From an archaeon (GTDB taxonomy: Archaea > Micrarchaeota > Micrarchaeia > Norongarragalinales > UBA97), in the NCBI GenBank assembly GCA_020057405.1, contig JAGVFW010000013.1, positions 32,001 through 96,000 of the forward strand: a stretch of 64,000 bases of DNA, in the 5' to 3' direction. Under the pieces are notes generated by a model. That model saw only the letters and a list, made by a program, of their open reading frames with translations, was not told where the DNA came from and did no database searches. Of the stretch, positions 9,142 to 18,794 are shown piece after piece. The translations under genes and the position numbers were made by a program. Numbering within the stretch: position 1 is the first letter of the stretch; every line of letters starts with the position of its first letter.

Positions 9142-9363
9142 ATGAAACACGGATTCCGCAAGGTTTGGGAACTTGATGCCGATACTCCGTTTCTAGGACG
9201 GGCTGAAAAAGTCATCATAATAAATGACAAGAAGCTGCTTGAGGGCGCCGAACAATATAGAAAATTGAATTTGCGCAACTTCGAAGTCGACCTTTTGATT
9301 TCAGAAGCTCCGCAAACCCACCTGAATCAGATAGGCGAACTGCGCGGAAAGATTTACCCCTGA
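9142..9363 (+). CDS. hypothetical protein
   Basis: 73-aa ATG ORF with no long competing ORF. Confidence 0.4.
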   Translation: MKHGFRKVWELDADTPFLGRAEKVIIINDKKLLEGAEQYRKLNLRNFEVDLLISEAPQTHLNQIGELRGKIYP

Positions 9364-9386
9364 GGCGATTCCGGTTACGCTTTGGC

Positions 9387-9797
9387 TTAGGGCGCGTGGC
9401 GGAGGATTTCGTGGTTTGCCGGCCGCTTGCCGCCCAATTCCTTTAGCGCCGTGACTGCTTCCTTTGGCACACCCTTGAGGACGATGTTGACGCGGTGAGG
9501 CAACGTTCCATCCTCGTCGTGCGTCTTTGCGACAAAATGGCGTGACTTGGAATCCCATTCGCGCACTTCAATATGGTGCACCGCAATGCCTGGTTTTTCG
9601 GTCCCGGGCCAATGGTCTTCGACAATTTTTTTCAGCTCTTGCTGCACGGAATTTCCGGAACCCTTAACGTTCATCTCGTGCTCGACGACTTTCCCGACTC
9701 CGTCAATGTCGAAAGAGAGCGTCCACGCGTTGTGGGGCTTCTCGTGCTTTAGCTCCATTACTTTTTTCCAAAACGCGACGTAAGGATTTGCCTTCAT
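9387..9797 (-). CDS. hypothetical protein
   Basis: 136-aa ATG ORF with protein-like composition. Confidence 0.6.
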   Translation of the reverse strand: MKANPYVAFWKKVMELKHEKPHNAWTLSFDIDGVGKVVEHEMNVKGSGNSVQQELKKIVEDHWPGTEKPGIAVHHIEVREWDSKSRHFVAKTHDEDGTLPHRVNIVLKGVPKEAVTALKELGGKRPANHEILRHAP

Positions 9798-9905
9798 TAA
9801 AAATCAACCCGAAGCACTAATGATTTGCAGCCATTAATAAAACAACAGCCGGACCATGACCCCTATTTCCGCAAGTTTAAATTCTGGCCCGCACTGCGTT
9901 TCCCG

Positions 9906-10373
9906 ATGGACCTGCTGCCGCAAGACGATTGGCTCAAGCTTGGCGCGAGCGTAGCCGCCTGCGAGGTTGCAGGGATTGCGGGGGCGGCGTTTATGGGGCC
10001 CGGCGTAACAGGATTGGCCATAGGCGTGGGGCTTGATTTCGTGACTCCCGACCTCGCCTTCGGCCCGCTCCTTACCGCACTCTACATCTTGATGGGCGTC
10101 GCGCTCTTTCTAGTCTGGAAGCGCGCTAGGCGACCGGGGTCGGGTAGGGCACTTGAGCTATTTGGCCTGCAGCTTGCGTTGGGCGTTATTTGGTCCGCAG
10201 TATTCTTCGGGCTAAAGTCGCCGGTAGGGGGGCTTGTTGTGATAATCTCCTTGCTGGCGACCACGCTGTTAACTATTGCCGAGTTCTGGCGCCTTGACGC
10301 GCGGGCTGGCGCGCTTCTCTTGCCTTACCTAGCGTGGGTCACCTTCGCTGCAGTGACAAACTATTTCGCGTGA
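9906..10373 (+). CDS. tspO: TspO/MBR family tryptophan-rich sensory protein
   Basis: LYILMGVALFLVW, QLALGVIWSAVFFG, AGALLLPYLAWVTFA. Confidence 0.9.
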   Translation: MDLLPQDDWLKLGASVAACEVAGIAGAAFMGPGVTGLAIGVGLDFVTPDLAFGPLLTALYILMGVALFLVWKRARRPGSGRALELFGLQLALGVIWSAVFFGLKSPVGGLVVIISLLATTLLTIAEFWRLDARAGALLLPYLAWVTFAAVTNYFA

Positions 10374-10736
10374 GCTTAAAGCGCAGGGGGGGAAGCGGCT
10401 ACTCGTGCGAATCCTGAGTCCATGTTTCTTTAAATCTGCGCAGTAAAGCTGAGGCCCTCAAGCGGGTTATAGGAGTATACTGCACGGCGTGAAACCCGCC
10501 GATTTTTTTGTCGTGCTTGAGGTAAACGCCGTTAACTTCCTCCAAGTACGGCTCGTGGGTGGTTAAGCCGCCAACCGATACTACGTACTGTTTGCCGCCC
10601 TCCCGTTGGCGCATCAGGACGTAAGAGTTGGAAGTCACCAGCATCTGCTTTGGTTTCACAACCGGTTTTGAACGAACAAAGCTTAAAATCTCACCCGGTG
10701 CAACTGCTTTTATTGCCGGAGTGGGCTAAACTGTTT

Positions 10737-11213
10737 ATGACAGCGCAGGTACTGGTCCTTCTCGGCAGCGCGTCCGACAAGCCGGTCTTCGAGAAGGCTA
10801 AAACCGTTTTCGACGAGCTTGGCATAAAGTGGGAAGTGCACGTGGCAAGCGCGCACCGAACGCCACAAAAAGTGGTAAAACTAGTCGAGTCAAGCAAGGC
10901 TGACGTCTTCATCGGCATCGCCGGCCTTAGCGCGGCACTCCCCGGAGTCATTGCCGCGCACACTACAAAACCCGTAATCGGGGTGCCCGTTGACTCAAAG
11001 CTAGGTGGCCTTGATGCGCTCCTCTCGGCGGCGCAGTTGCCGCCTGGCATTCCGGTCGCAAGCGTCGGAATCGACAGGGGGGAAAACGCGGCCCTACTCG
11101 CCGCTGCAATGCTTGCCCTCAAGGAACCCGAACTAGGCGAAAAGCTCGCTAGCTATCGAAAGAAAATGCGCGAGAAAATTGAGGCCGACGACGAAAGCGC
11201 GCAAAAGTGGTAA
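10737..11213 (+). CDS. purE: N5-CAIR mutase / AIR carboxylase catalytic subunit
   Basis: GSASD, SAHRTP, IAGLSAALPG, PVIGVP, GLDALLS, P.GIPVA. Confidence 0.95.
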   Translation: MTAQVLVLLGSASDKPVFEKAKTVFDELGIKWEVHVASAHRTPQKVVKLVESSKADVFIGIAGLSAALPGVIAAHTTKPVIGVPVDSKLGGLDALLSAAQLPPGIPVASVGIDRGENAALLAAAMLALKEPELGEKLASYRKKMREKIEADDESAQKW

Positions 11214-11252
11214 GTAACGAAATAAAGCTCGGCGCAACGCGCTTGAGAAAAC

Positions 11253-11966
11253 TTAGGCTTTCCGAATAATGTTGCCGCGGCCTTTCTTGATTTTCTTTAG
11301 CTTGCCTGCGGCCTCGAGAGAAGTTAGCACGAGGCTAACGCGCGCTTCCGACCAGTGGGGCAATGCCTTGCGCAGGTCCTTTTGGGTAATGAGGCCGCTT
11401 GAAGCGTCAAGCGCATTTAGCACGTCGCGCTCTTCCTCAAGCTCGAGCGCCCCGCCCGGTTCAGTGGCTTTTGCATCAGCTGGTTGGGGCGGATGTTTCT
11501 TTCGCCCGCGCAGGCGGTAGTACGCGCCAAGCACTATGGCCGCCAAGGCAACGCCTAAAAGGGCAAGCGGAACTGAGAAAGCGGAACCGCCGTCGACTCC
11601 CTCGCCCAAGTCGGGCAGGCCTCCGCCCGAGAGCTCGCCCAAAGACGCGTTTGCCGCCTGGCCCAAGCCAAGCTCGTCGATAAGCACCATGTCGAGACGG
11701 TAAGTGCCCGCGCGCTCAACAACGAGGGCTTGGGAGGCCGAGGCGTTCTCGCGCGAGGTGGCGGAGAGAAGGTAAGTGCCGGGGCCGACCTCGAAACGGT
11801 AAGAGCCGTTTGCCGCGACGACCTTTTGAACGGGCGTTGAGTTGACCTCGACTACCCCCGCCACGGGGCTAAAGGCATAGTCGTAAAGCGTGCCCTCAAC
11901 AACCGCGGCCGAGGCGGCGGCTGAGAACGCCGTCAACAACACGAGTGCAACGAATAGCTGTCTCAT
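11253..11966 (-). CDS. membrane-anchored protein with extracellular beta domain and C-terminal wHTH
   Basis: Signal peptide, TM, then GLITQKDLRKAL..SEARVSLVL.SLE..GKLKKIKKGRGNII. Confidence 0.8.
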   Translation of the reverse strand: MRQLFVALVLLTAFSAAASAAVVEGTLYDYAFSPVAGVVEVNSTPVQKVVAANGSYRFEVGPGTYLLSATSRENASASQALVVERAGTYRLDMVLIDELGLGQAANASLGELSGGGLPDLGEGVDGGSAFSVPLALLGVALAAIVLGAYYRLRGRKKHPPQPADAKATEPGGALELEEERDVLNALDASSGLITQKDLRKALPHWSEARVSLVLTSLEAAGKLKKIKKGRGNIIRKA

Positions 11967-12148
11967 AACTTAGTTTTGCCCAAAGAGCGTTAATAAGCCT
12001 TGTTTTTTCCTTAGGCGGTGGGGTAAAGTTTTGCGAGGCCTACGCGGCCTGCCTAAAGCTTTGGCGCAAGTTTTTTTGAAAGATTGCTTATAAAGAAGGC
12101 TTGGCAGACTACTTACGCTCTGGTAATCCCGGGGCGGGTGATTGGATT

Positions 12149-13756
12149 ATGAAATTGTTTGGATTAGCTGTTTTGGGCATACTGCTCGCGGCCACGTTTG
12201 CCAGCTTTGCTTGGGCCAACGAGAATGGCGCACCTGACGTGACTGGTTCCGGAAGCGCGTTTGCAACGCCTAGCGCAGCTGCAACCGATGACAGTGGAAC
12301 TGAAGAAAATTGGAATGAAGCAACCAAGTGCATAGTTAGTACTAATGGCATTAAGACCGTGGCGGCAAACTGTGCGGTAAAGTACTGCAACCGGCCGGTC
12401 GCCAACATCCTTGACTTTGAAAAGTGCGTCAAAATCCGCGCGACCGCCTCTGACGGAGTATCGCCAGTACCGACAGCACTTGACGAGTCAAAGTGCGCAA
12501 AGCCCGTTGCCGACGCCAAGACCGCAGCACGCTGCGCCATGCGCGAATGCTACAAGCCCACCGCAAGCGCAACTGGCATCACGACCACAGCTGCTAATGT
12601 ACGCACTTGCATCGTAAAGGCCTGCGCCGACCTTACTGCAGACGAAACTGCGGCAAAGAACTGCGTTAGCGCCATACCGGCCCCGACTTCAATAAAGCCC
12701 CGGGCGACTTCCCGCGAGTACAGCAACTGCGGCAGGCCCGCATCCAGCGCGTCTGACGCCGTAAAGTGCGCCCGCCTTGTTCCCACCGCCGTTTCAGCCG
12801 TTAGCGTAACTGCTGTTGCAGACGCAATAACTTCCGCCTCGCAGGAACACGCAAGGTGCAAGCGACTTACGCCTTCATCGGAAAAGGAAACGTGCTTGAT
12901 AAAAGTCAAGGCAACCCTCGAGGATGCCAAGACACAGGCGACCGACGAAAGCATGGTGAAGGCAGGCCTGCGCTACGCAATGATTGCAAAGGCAATCGGC
13001 GTGAAGCTGACTGACGACGACGCGCCAACCAAGATTGACGCCGAAGTCACTGCCCGCGACGATGCTTACACAAAAGTTGACGGCGAGTACAAGCTGCGAC
13101 TTGACGCGCTAAAAGAATGGCGCTCCAAGAAACTCGCGGACTTATCTGACTCCGACCGCGGCAAATACCGCGAGGCAGTCAGCAACGTCGTGACCGGCCA
13201 CATCAAGCGCTTCGGTGCAGTTCTTGCCAAGCTCGAAGCGAAGGGTGTTGACGTGACTGACGTGAAGGCCAAGGTTGACGCGTGGCTTACCGCATGGAAC
13301 GCCGCGACGACCAAGGAAGCCAAGATGGCCGTAATCACGACTATCAACAGCGAATGGCCGGGCATTAGAGCTAGCCTGCAGGAAAAGTTCGAGCTTGCAA
13401 GCGCTGACGAGCTTGCGACCCGCGTTCTAAGCGTGGCCGCAACCGCCCGCGTGACTGCAGCCGGCGTTGACGTGCGCGGAGGCGACTCCAGCGCAATCAT
13501 CACCGCAGCAGCCCAGCTCGAAGGCATTGCAGCCAAGCTAAAGGCAGCCACCACGGTTGAGCAAGCCAAGGCCGCAAAGGCAGAACTCGAGCCCGCGCTT
13601 AGGGAACTGCGCCAGGCGGTGAAAACCGCTGTTGCAACAGTCACCGGCTCGGTGATTACCCCCGCCCCCGAGGCGAGTGTAACCGCCACTGCAGGCGCTG
13701 AGGCGACCGAAGAGCCCACTGCAGCTGCAACCGTCGTGGCCACCACGACTGCATAA
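12149..13756 (+). CDS. secreted Cys-rich/Ala-rich helical protein
   Basis: Signal peptide; many spaced Cys in the N-half; Ala/Lys-rich helical C-half. Confidence 0.75.
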   Translation: MKLFGLAVLGILLAATFASFAWANENGAPDVTGSGSAFATPSAAATDDSGTEENWNEATKCIVSTNGIKTVAANCAVKYCNRPVANILDFEKCVKIRATASDGVSPVPTALDESKCAKPVADAKTAARCAMRECYKPTASATGITTTAANVRTCIVKACADLTADETAAKNCVSAIPAPTSIKPRATSREYSNCGRPASSASDAVKCARLVPTAVSAVSVTAVADAITSASQEHARCKRLTPSSEKETCLIKVKATLEDAKTQATDESMVKAGLRYAMIAKAIGVKLTDDDAPTKIDAEVTARDDAYTKVDGEYKLRLDALKEWRSKKLADLSDSDRGKYREAVSNVVTGHIKRFGAVLAKLEAKGVDVTDVKAKVDAWLTAWNAATTKEAKMAVITTINSEWPGIRASLQEKFELASADELATRVLSVAATARVTAAGVDVRGGDSSAIITAAAQLEGIAAKLKAATTVEQAKAAKAELEPALRELRQAVKTAVATVTGSVITPAPEASVTATAGAEATEEPTAAATVVATTTA

Positions 13757-13770
13757 ACACCCCCTTGAAT

Positions 13771-13812
13771 CCCCCGCTAGTTTTTTAGGCGGGGGGCAAA
13801 CCCTTTTTATTT
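13771..13812 (+). terminator. GC hairpin followed by T-tract
   Basis: CCCCCGC...GCGGGGG then TTTTTATTT after the stop codon. Confidence 0.45.
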
Positions 13813-13840
13813 ATTAAAACGCTAGACTCCTGTAATCGAT

Positions 13841-14104
13841 TTGGAGGTGCTTTGGTTGAAGGAACTGTTGATTGCCCTTTTACTCGGACTTTTGGTAGTA
13901 GGATGCGTTGCGCAAGGCGGGTCAAATGCCACGCCCACACCGTCTGCCACGCCTACGGTTGAGGCCACGCCGCCCGCACCGCCCGGAATTGACTCGAACG
14001 AAACGCAAAACGCGATTAACTCAGGATTAGAGGCAAGCCAAGCACAGCCGCCCGAAATTCCCGACGACTCGCTTGACATCACTGCAGGCGACCTCGGAGC
14101 GTAG
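13841..14104 (+). CDS. small lipoprotein-like protein
   Basis: LLVVGC lipobox-like motif then a Pro/Thr-rich tract. Confidence 0.6.
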   Translation: MEVLWLKELLIALLLGLLVVGCVAQGGSNATPTPSATPTVEATPPAPPGIDSNETQNAINSGLEASQAQPPEIPDDSLDITAGDLGA

Positions 14105-14295
14105 ACAGCCGCTCCCGGCCCCTTCTTTTTTATTTCCCAATTACCCCAAAAATACAGGGGATTGTTTTTAGTGACTGAATTCGAGGCAACTGTTGCCGTA
14201 ATCATCGTGGCCCTCGCACTGCTGTGGCGCTGGTTTTGGCTCTACGGCAGGTAACCACCCGGCGTGATTAAAAACAAAACTGCAGAAGAGTATTT

Positions 14296-15924
14296 GTGAA
14301 ACTAATACCCGCAACCCTCGCCATCCTCCTTCTCTTGGGCGCAGTCGTTGCATTTGATTCAACAACGCCAAAGAACATTGGCACGGCCAAAGTGTTTTTG
14401 GAACTCAATTGGTCCGTCGGATTCCAAAACGGCCTGCCAAACACGTTTACCTTCAAAACATTCAGCTTCCCGACGACAAAAGCGCAAGTGGCTAGAGTGG
14501 AGGCCGGGGGAAGCCACCCCTTTGCCCAAAAGACCGACTCGTTTGGCAACAACCTGCTGGAATTCTCTTTTAGCCCCAAGCGTTCGACTGAAAACATGGT
14601 GGCGCGCGCTTCAGTCGATGTTGACTACGCCAATGCAGCCCCAATGACTGGAGGGGAAAAAGAGTACCTAGCGACTACCGACCTCACTAGAGTCAGCGCG
14701 GGCATCGCCGCCAAGGCACTTGGAATAAAGGCGGGAGCAAGTGGTGAAACCGACACAGTCGTTAGGATGACTGACTGGGTGCACAACCGCGTGCGCTACG
14801 ACGGCCCGGGATATGGAGCGAGCATCCAGAACGCCAACTGGGTGTTCGAAAACCAGGTGGGCACGTGCGACGAGTACAGCCACCTCCTAATCAGCATGCT
14901 CCGTTCGCTATCCATCCCCGCCAAGTTCGTGGCGGGATACGTCTGCAGCGTCAACTGCACTGAATCTGCCAACTGGGGACCCCACGCGTGGGTCGAGGCG
15001 TACGCCGACGGCAAGTGGGTTCCAGCCGACCCCACCTTTAACGAAGCCATACTGCTTGACGCAACGCACGTGAAATTCGCGCAAGGCGCCGACCAAAACG
15101 ACATCAAGGAATCGCTCTCGACAACGCCATTTGGCTACTCGCTTTCAAACGTGCGCGTCGACCGCGCGGCGACAATCGGGCTTGACGAAGCGGGGCCATT
15201 CCCCGCGCTCTTTGAACTCGAGGTAAGCGGGCCAAACACCACGTTGGGCGGCGGGGCGAGCGCGAACATCACCGCGCGCATCAAGTCAACTGCAAGTGAG
15301 CCAATCGCAGTGCCACTGTCGCTCTCGGCACCAGCCGAGACTAATGTCATCGGAGAGACTGACTCGCTCGTCTACTTGCTTCCCGGAAAAGAAATAACGC
15401 GCCAGTGGCAAGTCATACTCCCCAATCAGTTGCAGGACGGCTACACCTACAGTTTCCCAGCCAAGGTAAGCGCCCTTGGAGAAGAGCGCGAAATCACAAT
15501 CAAGGCGCAAACGGGAGGCCAGAGCGACTCGCCCGAGGGGCTCCACATGCTTGACATTGACCCACGGCTTGAAGCCGACGGCTCACTCGCAGTCAAGATC
15601 CAGTTTCTCAACACCGGACAGAAGGAAATACGAAACGCGAACGTCGTTCTCGACACAAACGCAGGCAAGGAAGAACAAACGCTCAACCTCGAAGTCGGCT
15701 CGCGCGGCTCACTCGAGTTCACGCTGCACCCGCAGGGGCTTACGACCGTGAGCGGCAGGATTACGGCTGACACTGGAACCTACAAAATCAGCCGGCCAAT
15801 ACTCGTTGACCTGCCCCAGCCAACGCCAACGCCGGGGCTCACCGAAACATTCTCCGACCAGACCATCTTCACGCTAATCAACGACTTCATTATCGGCGTG
15901 CTCAAGTTCCTCGGCATGGTCTGA
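14296..15924 (+). CDS. secreted transglutaminase-like protein
   Basis: GTCDEYS, HAWVE, WVPADPT Cys-His-Asp triad; signal peptide and C-terminal anchor. Confidence 0.9.
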   Translation: MKLIPATLAILLLLGAVVAFDSTTPKNIGTAKVFLELNWSVGFQNGLPNTFTFKTFSFPTTKAQVARVEAGGSHPFAQKTDSFGNNLLEFSFSPKRSTENMVARASVDVDYANAAPMTGGEKEYLATTDLTRVSAGIAAKALGIKAGASGETDTVVRMTDWVHNRVRYDGPGYGASIQNANWVFENQVGTCDEYSHLLISMLRSLSIPAKFVAGYVCSVNCTESANWGPHAWVEAYADGKWVPADPTFNEAILLDATHVKFAQGADQNDIKESLSTTPFGYSLSNVRVDRAATIGLDEAGPFPALFELEVSGPNTTLGGGASANITARIKSTASEPIAVPLSLSAPAETNVIGETDSLVYLLPGKEITRQWQVILPNQLQDGYTYSFPAKVSALGEEREITIKAQTGGQSDSPEGLHMLDIDPRLEADGSLAVKIQFLNTGQKEIRNANVVLDTNAGKEEQTLNLEVGSRGSLEFTLHPQGLTTVSGRITADTGTYKISRPILVDLPQPTPTPGLTETFSDQTIFTLINDFIIGVLKFLGMV

Positions 15925-15989
15925 GACGCTGTCGTCCAATACTCATTTAAGCCTGTCGCGAGCCTAAAACTATTGAGAGCGACTACCAT

Positions 15990-16060
15990 GCGGCGGTGGT
16001 CCAATGGTAAGATATGGCCTTGCCAAGGCTAAGACCCGGGTCCGATTCCCGGCCGCCGCA
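15990..16060 (+). tRNA. tRNA-Gly(GCC)
   Basis: GCGGCGG/CCGCCGC acceptor, TGGCC-TTGCCAA-GGCTA, T-arm CCGGG-TCCGATT-CCCGG. Confidence 0.93.
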
Positions 16061-16069
16061 CCTCTCTTC

Positions 16070-16507
16070 TTATTTTCTCCTAAGTGCCTGGTAGTCCTTG
16101 ACTCCCTTTAGCCAGCCGCCTTGGAAACAACCGGCAGGGTTGAAGTTTTTGATCGAGACCCACTTGGACCTCCCGTGTTGCCCCGACAGCGCTATCTTCC
16201 CGCCCAAAAAAACCGCCAGGTAGCCAATGGCGAATATCCTCGCTTTTTTGCCCGTGCTTGCTTCCACCCGCTCGTGTCGCATGAACACAACGGGCTTTCC
16301 CAAGCGGTATCTTGCGGCGGGCCCCAGCTCCTCGCGCATTTTCCGCTCGAGAATCTTATCGAGTGGAATGTCAAACTCGTGACGCTGAATCCTGCCGCCA
16401 GGAATGTCCCAATCACCATAACTATCCTTGAAGATGAAAAACTTGTCGCCATGCTCGAGGAAAACCTTGACTGCCACAAAATACAAGTCACGTTCGGATG
16501 CGGTCAT
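16070..16507 (-). CDS. Nudix hydrolase
   Basis: WDIPGGRI...LERKMREELG degenerate Nudix box. Confidence 0.8.
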   Translation of the reverse strand: MTASERDLYFVAVKVFLEHGDKFFIFKDSYGDWDIPGGRIQRHEFDIPLDKILERKMREELGPAARYRLGKPVVFMRHERVEASTGKKARIFAIGYLAVFLGGKIALSGQHGRSKWVSIKNFNPAGCFQGGWLKGVKDYQALRRK

Positions 16508-16553
16508 GTCCAGCAAATTAGTGCAAGAACTCTTAAAAGCGGCAGGTGGGAAT

Positions 16554-16994
16554 TTAACCGGCACCGGTTATTTGCGCGCCGTTTGCAAGTCCAAGCTCCG
16601 CCGCCTTGCCGGCATTGACTTCAACCACGTACTTGGCGGCCCGCTTGGGATAGTGAATGGGGCACTCCTGCGGAGTGCAGGGACTCGCGTTTTCCCACGA
16701 GTCGACGACCGAATAGCTCGCGTCAAGAAAGACTATGTCAAGCGGGAACTGCATGTCCTTCATCCAAAAGCCCCGAAAGTCAAGAGTTTCAAACGAAAAG
16801 AGCATGCAGCAGTCGGGACACAAGTAAGAGTAGTTAGATAAGCCCGCCTCCCGCGCTTGGGAAGTCGAGGCGACCTCGCACTGCAGGGTGGCACCGGAAG
16901 GAGTGGAGAGCTGCACGGTCGGGTTCCTTGGGAGAAAGAACGCAATTGCGGCGACCGCGAGGACTAGCACGGCGATTGCAACGAGCTTTGTCAC
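16554..16994 (-). CDS. DUF192 family protein
   Basis: EVAST..AREAGL, FWMKDMQFPLDIVF, YVVEVNAG. Confidence 0.9.
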   Translation of the reverse strand: MTKLVAIAVLVLAVAAIAFFLPRNPTVQLSTPSGATLQCEVASTSQAREAGLSNYSYLCPDCCMLFSFETLDFRGFWMKDMQFPLDIVFLDASYSVVDSWENASPCTPQECPIHYPKRAAKYVVEVNAGKAAELGLANGAQITGAG

Positions 16995-17006
16995 GCGGCA
17001 TCCCCC

Positions 17007-17333
17007 CTAGCGCACTGTCGCGCCGTCACTGATTTCATCTATGACAGTAAGAAGCGCAACCTTGCCGGCGCCGTCGTCGGCGGCCAAAAGCATGCCCTGG
17101 CTCTCGATGCCCCTAATTGTCCTCGGCTCGAGGTTGGCGACAACGACAACTAGCCTGCCCAAAAGCTCGTCGGGAGCGTAGTGCTCGGCCAATCCGGCAG
17201 CCAAAGTGCGTGTCTCGGCGCCGATGCGAACGGAGAGGCGGTAGAGCTTGTCGCTGCCCTCGACAGGCTCGCACTCGATTATCTTGCCCACACGCAGCTC
17301 CAGCTTCTTGAAGTCGTCAAAACTTGCAGACAT
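17007..17333 (-). CDS. tRNA-binding OB-fold protein (Trbp111/MetRS C-terminal-like)
   Basis: DFKKLELRVGKI, DKLY.L, VANLEPR.IRGIESQGMLLAA. Confidence 0.92.
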   Translation of the reverse strand: MSASFDDFKKLELRVGKIIECEPVEGSDKLYRLSVRIGAETRTLAAGLAEHYAPDELLGRLVVVVANLEPRTIRGIESQGMLLAADDGAGKVALLTVIDEISDGATVR

Positions 17334-17561
17334 GCCTAAACCCCCCCACAAACGCTTACATACGTCGCAACAACGGCTTAAAAACGCCGCGACGGCAAGC
17401 TGACGGCCACGTCATTCAGTGAATTTAATAGAACTATTAACAAATTAATAATAGCGGTGCATTTTTGCTTTTAAAGTGGGCCGGAGGAACGCAAGCGGCG
17501 CAAGGCAAGCTTTAAGGGACTTTAAAACAAGTGGCGACCAAATAATGTGGAGACGGTTTAG

Positions 17562-18794
17562 ATGGCAGTAGCAGTCATACTCGCCGCGGGCAGGGGCACA
17601 CGGCTTGAGCCAATTAGCGAGAGTACGCCAAAGGCACTCGTACGGATAGCCGGCAAGCCCCTTGCGGAGTACGCTGCCGAGGGCGTCGCGCCCCTTTTTG
17701 GCAAAATAGTTATCGTCATAAGCGCACAGGACAAGGAAGCCTTTGAAAAGCACTTTTCAGGCAAGGCCTATGCAAAGAAAATTGTTTACGCAATTCAGCA
17801 AAGCGCAAACGGCACGGCGCACGCGATCCTCGCCGCGTCAAAGCAAATCGGCGCAAGCGACTTTCTCGTGCTAAACGGCGACTGCTTCTTTTCCCCAGAG
17901 TTTTACCGAGAGCTGGCGGGCCGCTTGATGAAGCGCGCGCCGTTTATCGTCGGCAAACGCGTTAACGACGCTTACAACTTCGGATTGCTTAAGGAAAAGA
18001 ACGGCAGCCTCACGGGCATTGCGGAAAAGGACCCTGCCGCTAAGGAAGGCATCATCAACACCGGGGCCTACTACGTCAAGAACGATTTTCTGGCCGTCCT
18101 TGCGAAGGTCAAAAAGTCTCCGCGCGGGGAACTCGAGGCAACCGATGGCCTGACCGCCTATGCGGTAAAACAGAAAGTGGAAATCGCAATGCACTCCGGT
18201 TTCTGGACTGATGTGGGATACTATTGGAACTATCTCGACGCCAACGCCTATGCCCTCGAGCACATGGCGAAGGAAGGCATTGAAGGCGTTGTCGAGCCCG
18301 GCGTGACGGTTAAGGGCAAGGTGTTTGTTGGCAAGGGCAGCGTCGTTAAGGCCGGCACCTACATCGAGGGCCCGGTTTACATTGGCGAAAACTGCGTAGT
18401 CGGGCCAGGGTCGCACTTGCGGCCCTACGCGTTTCTAGAAAGAGACAACCACGTGGGCAACTCTAGTGAAGTCAAGAACAGCGTGCTTTTGGCCGGCGCA
18501 AACGCGCCGCACTTCAACTATGTCGGCGACAGCGTGCTTTGCGAGGAAGTCAATTTTGGCGCTGGTGCGAAGACCGCGAACTTCCGCTTCGACGCGGGAA
18601 ACATTTCGTGTGAAGTGAAAGGCAAGCGCGTCGACTCCGGCAGGCGAAAGCTCGGAGCGTGCATCGGCAGGGGAGCGAAAATCGGGGTGAACGCCACTCT
18701 AAACTGCGGCGTGCTTGTTGGCTCGGGCAGCCGCGTGCTGCCAAACGCTTTTCTTGCAGGCAACCTGCCAAGCGGCACTACTTTCAGGGGATGA
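17562..18794 (+). CDS. glmU: bifunctional sugar-1-phosphate nucleotidyltransferase/acetyltransferase (archaeal GlmU-like)
   Basis: ILAAGRGTRL.P..PK, SPRGELE, hexapeptide C-terminus HFNYVGDS, GRRKLGA. Confidence 0.88.
   Translation: MAVAVILAAGRGTRLEPISESTPKALVRIAGKPLAEYAAEGVAPLFGKIVIVISAQDKEAFEKHFSGKAYAKKIVYAIQQSANGTAHAILAASKQIGASDFLVLNGDCFFSPEFYRELAGRLMKRAPFIVGKRVNDAYNFGLLKEKNGSLTGIAEKDPAAKEGIINTGAYYVKNDFLAVLAKVKKSPRGELEATDGLTAYAVKQKVEIAMHSGFWTDVGYYWNYLDANAYALEHMAKEGIEGVVEPGVTVKGKVFVGKGSVVKAGTYIEGPVYIGENCVVGPGSHLRPYAFLERDNHVGNSSEVKNSVLLAGANAPHFNYVGDSVLCEEVNFGAGAKTANFRFDAGNISCEVKGKRVDSGRRKLGACIGRGAKIGVNATLNCGVLVGSGSRVLPNAFLAGNLPSGTTFRG

Noticed and set aside
13066-13746. Long antisense ORFs here and over other GC-rich genes
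   Set aside because: Shadow frames of clearly coding genes on the opposite strand
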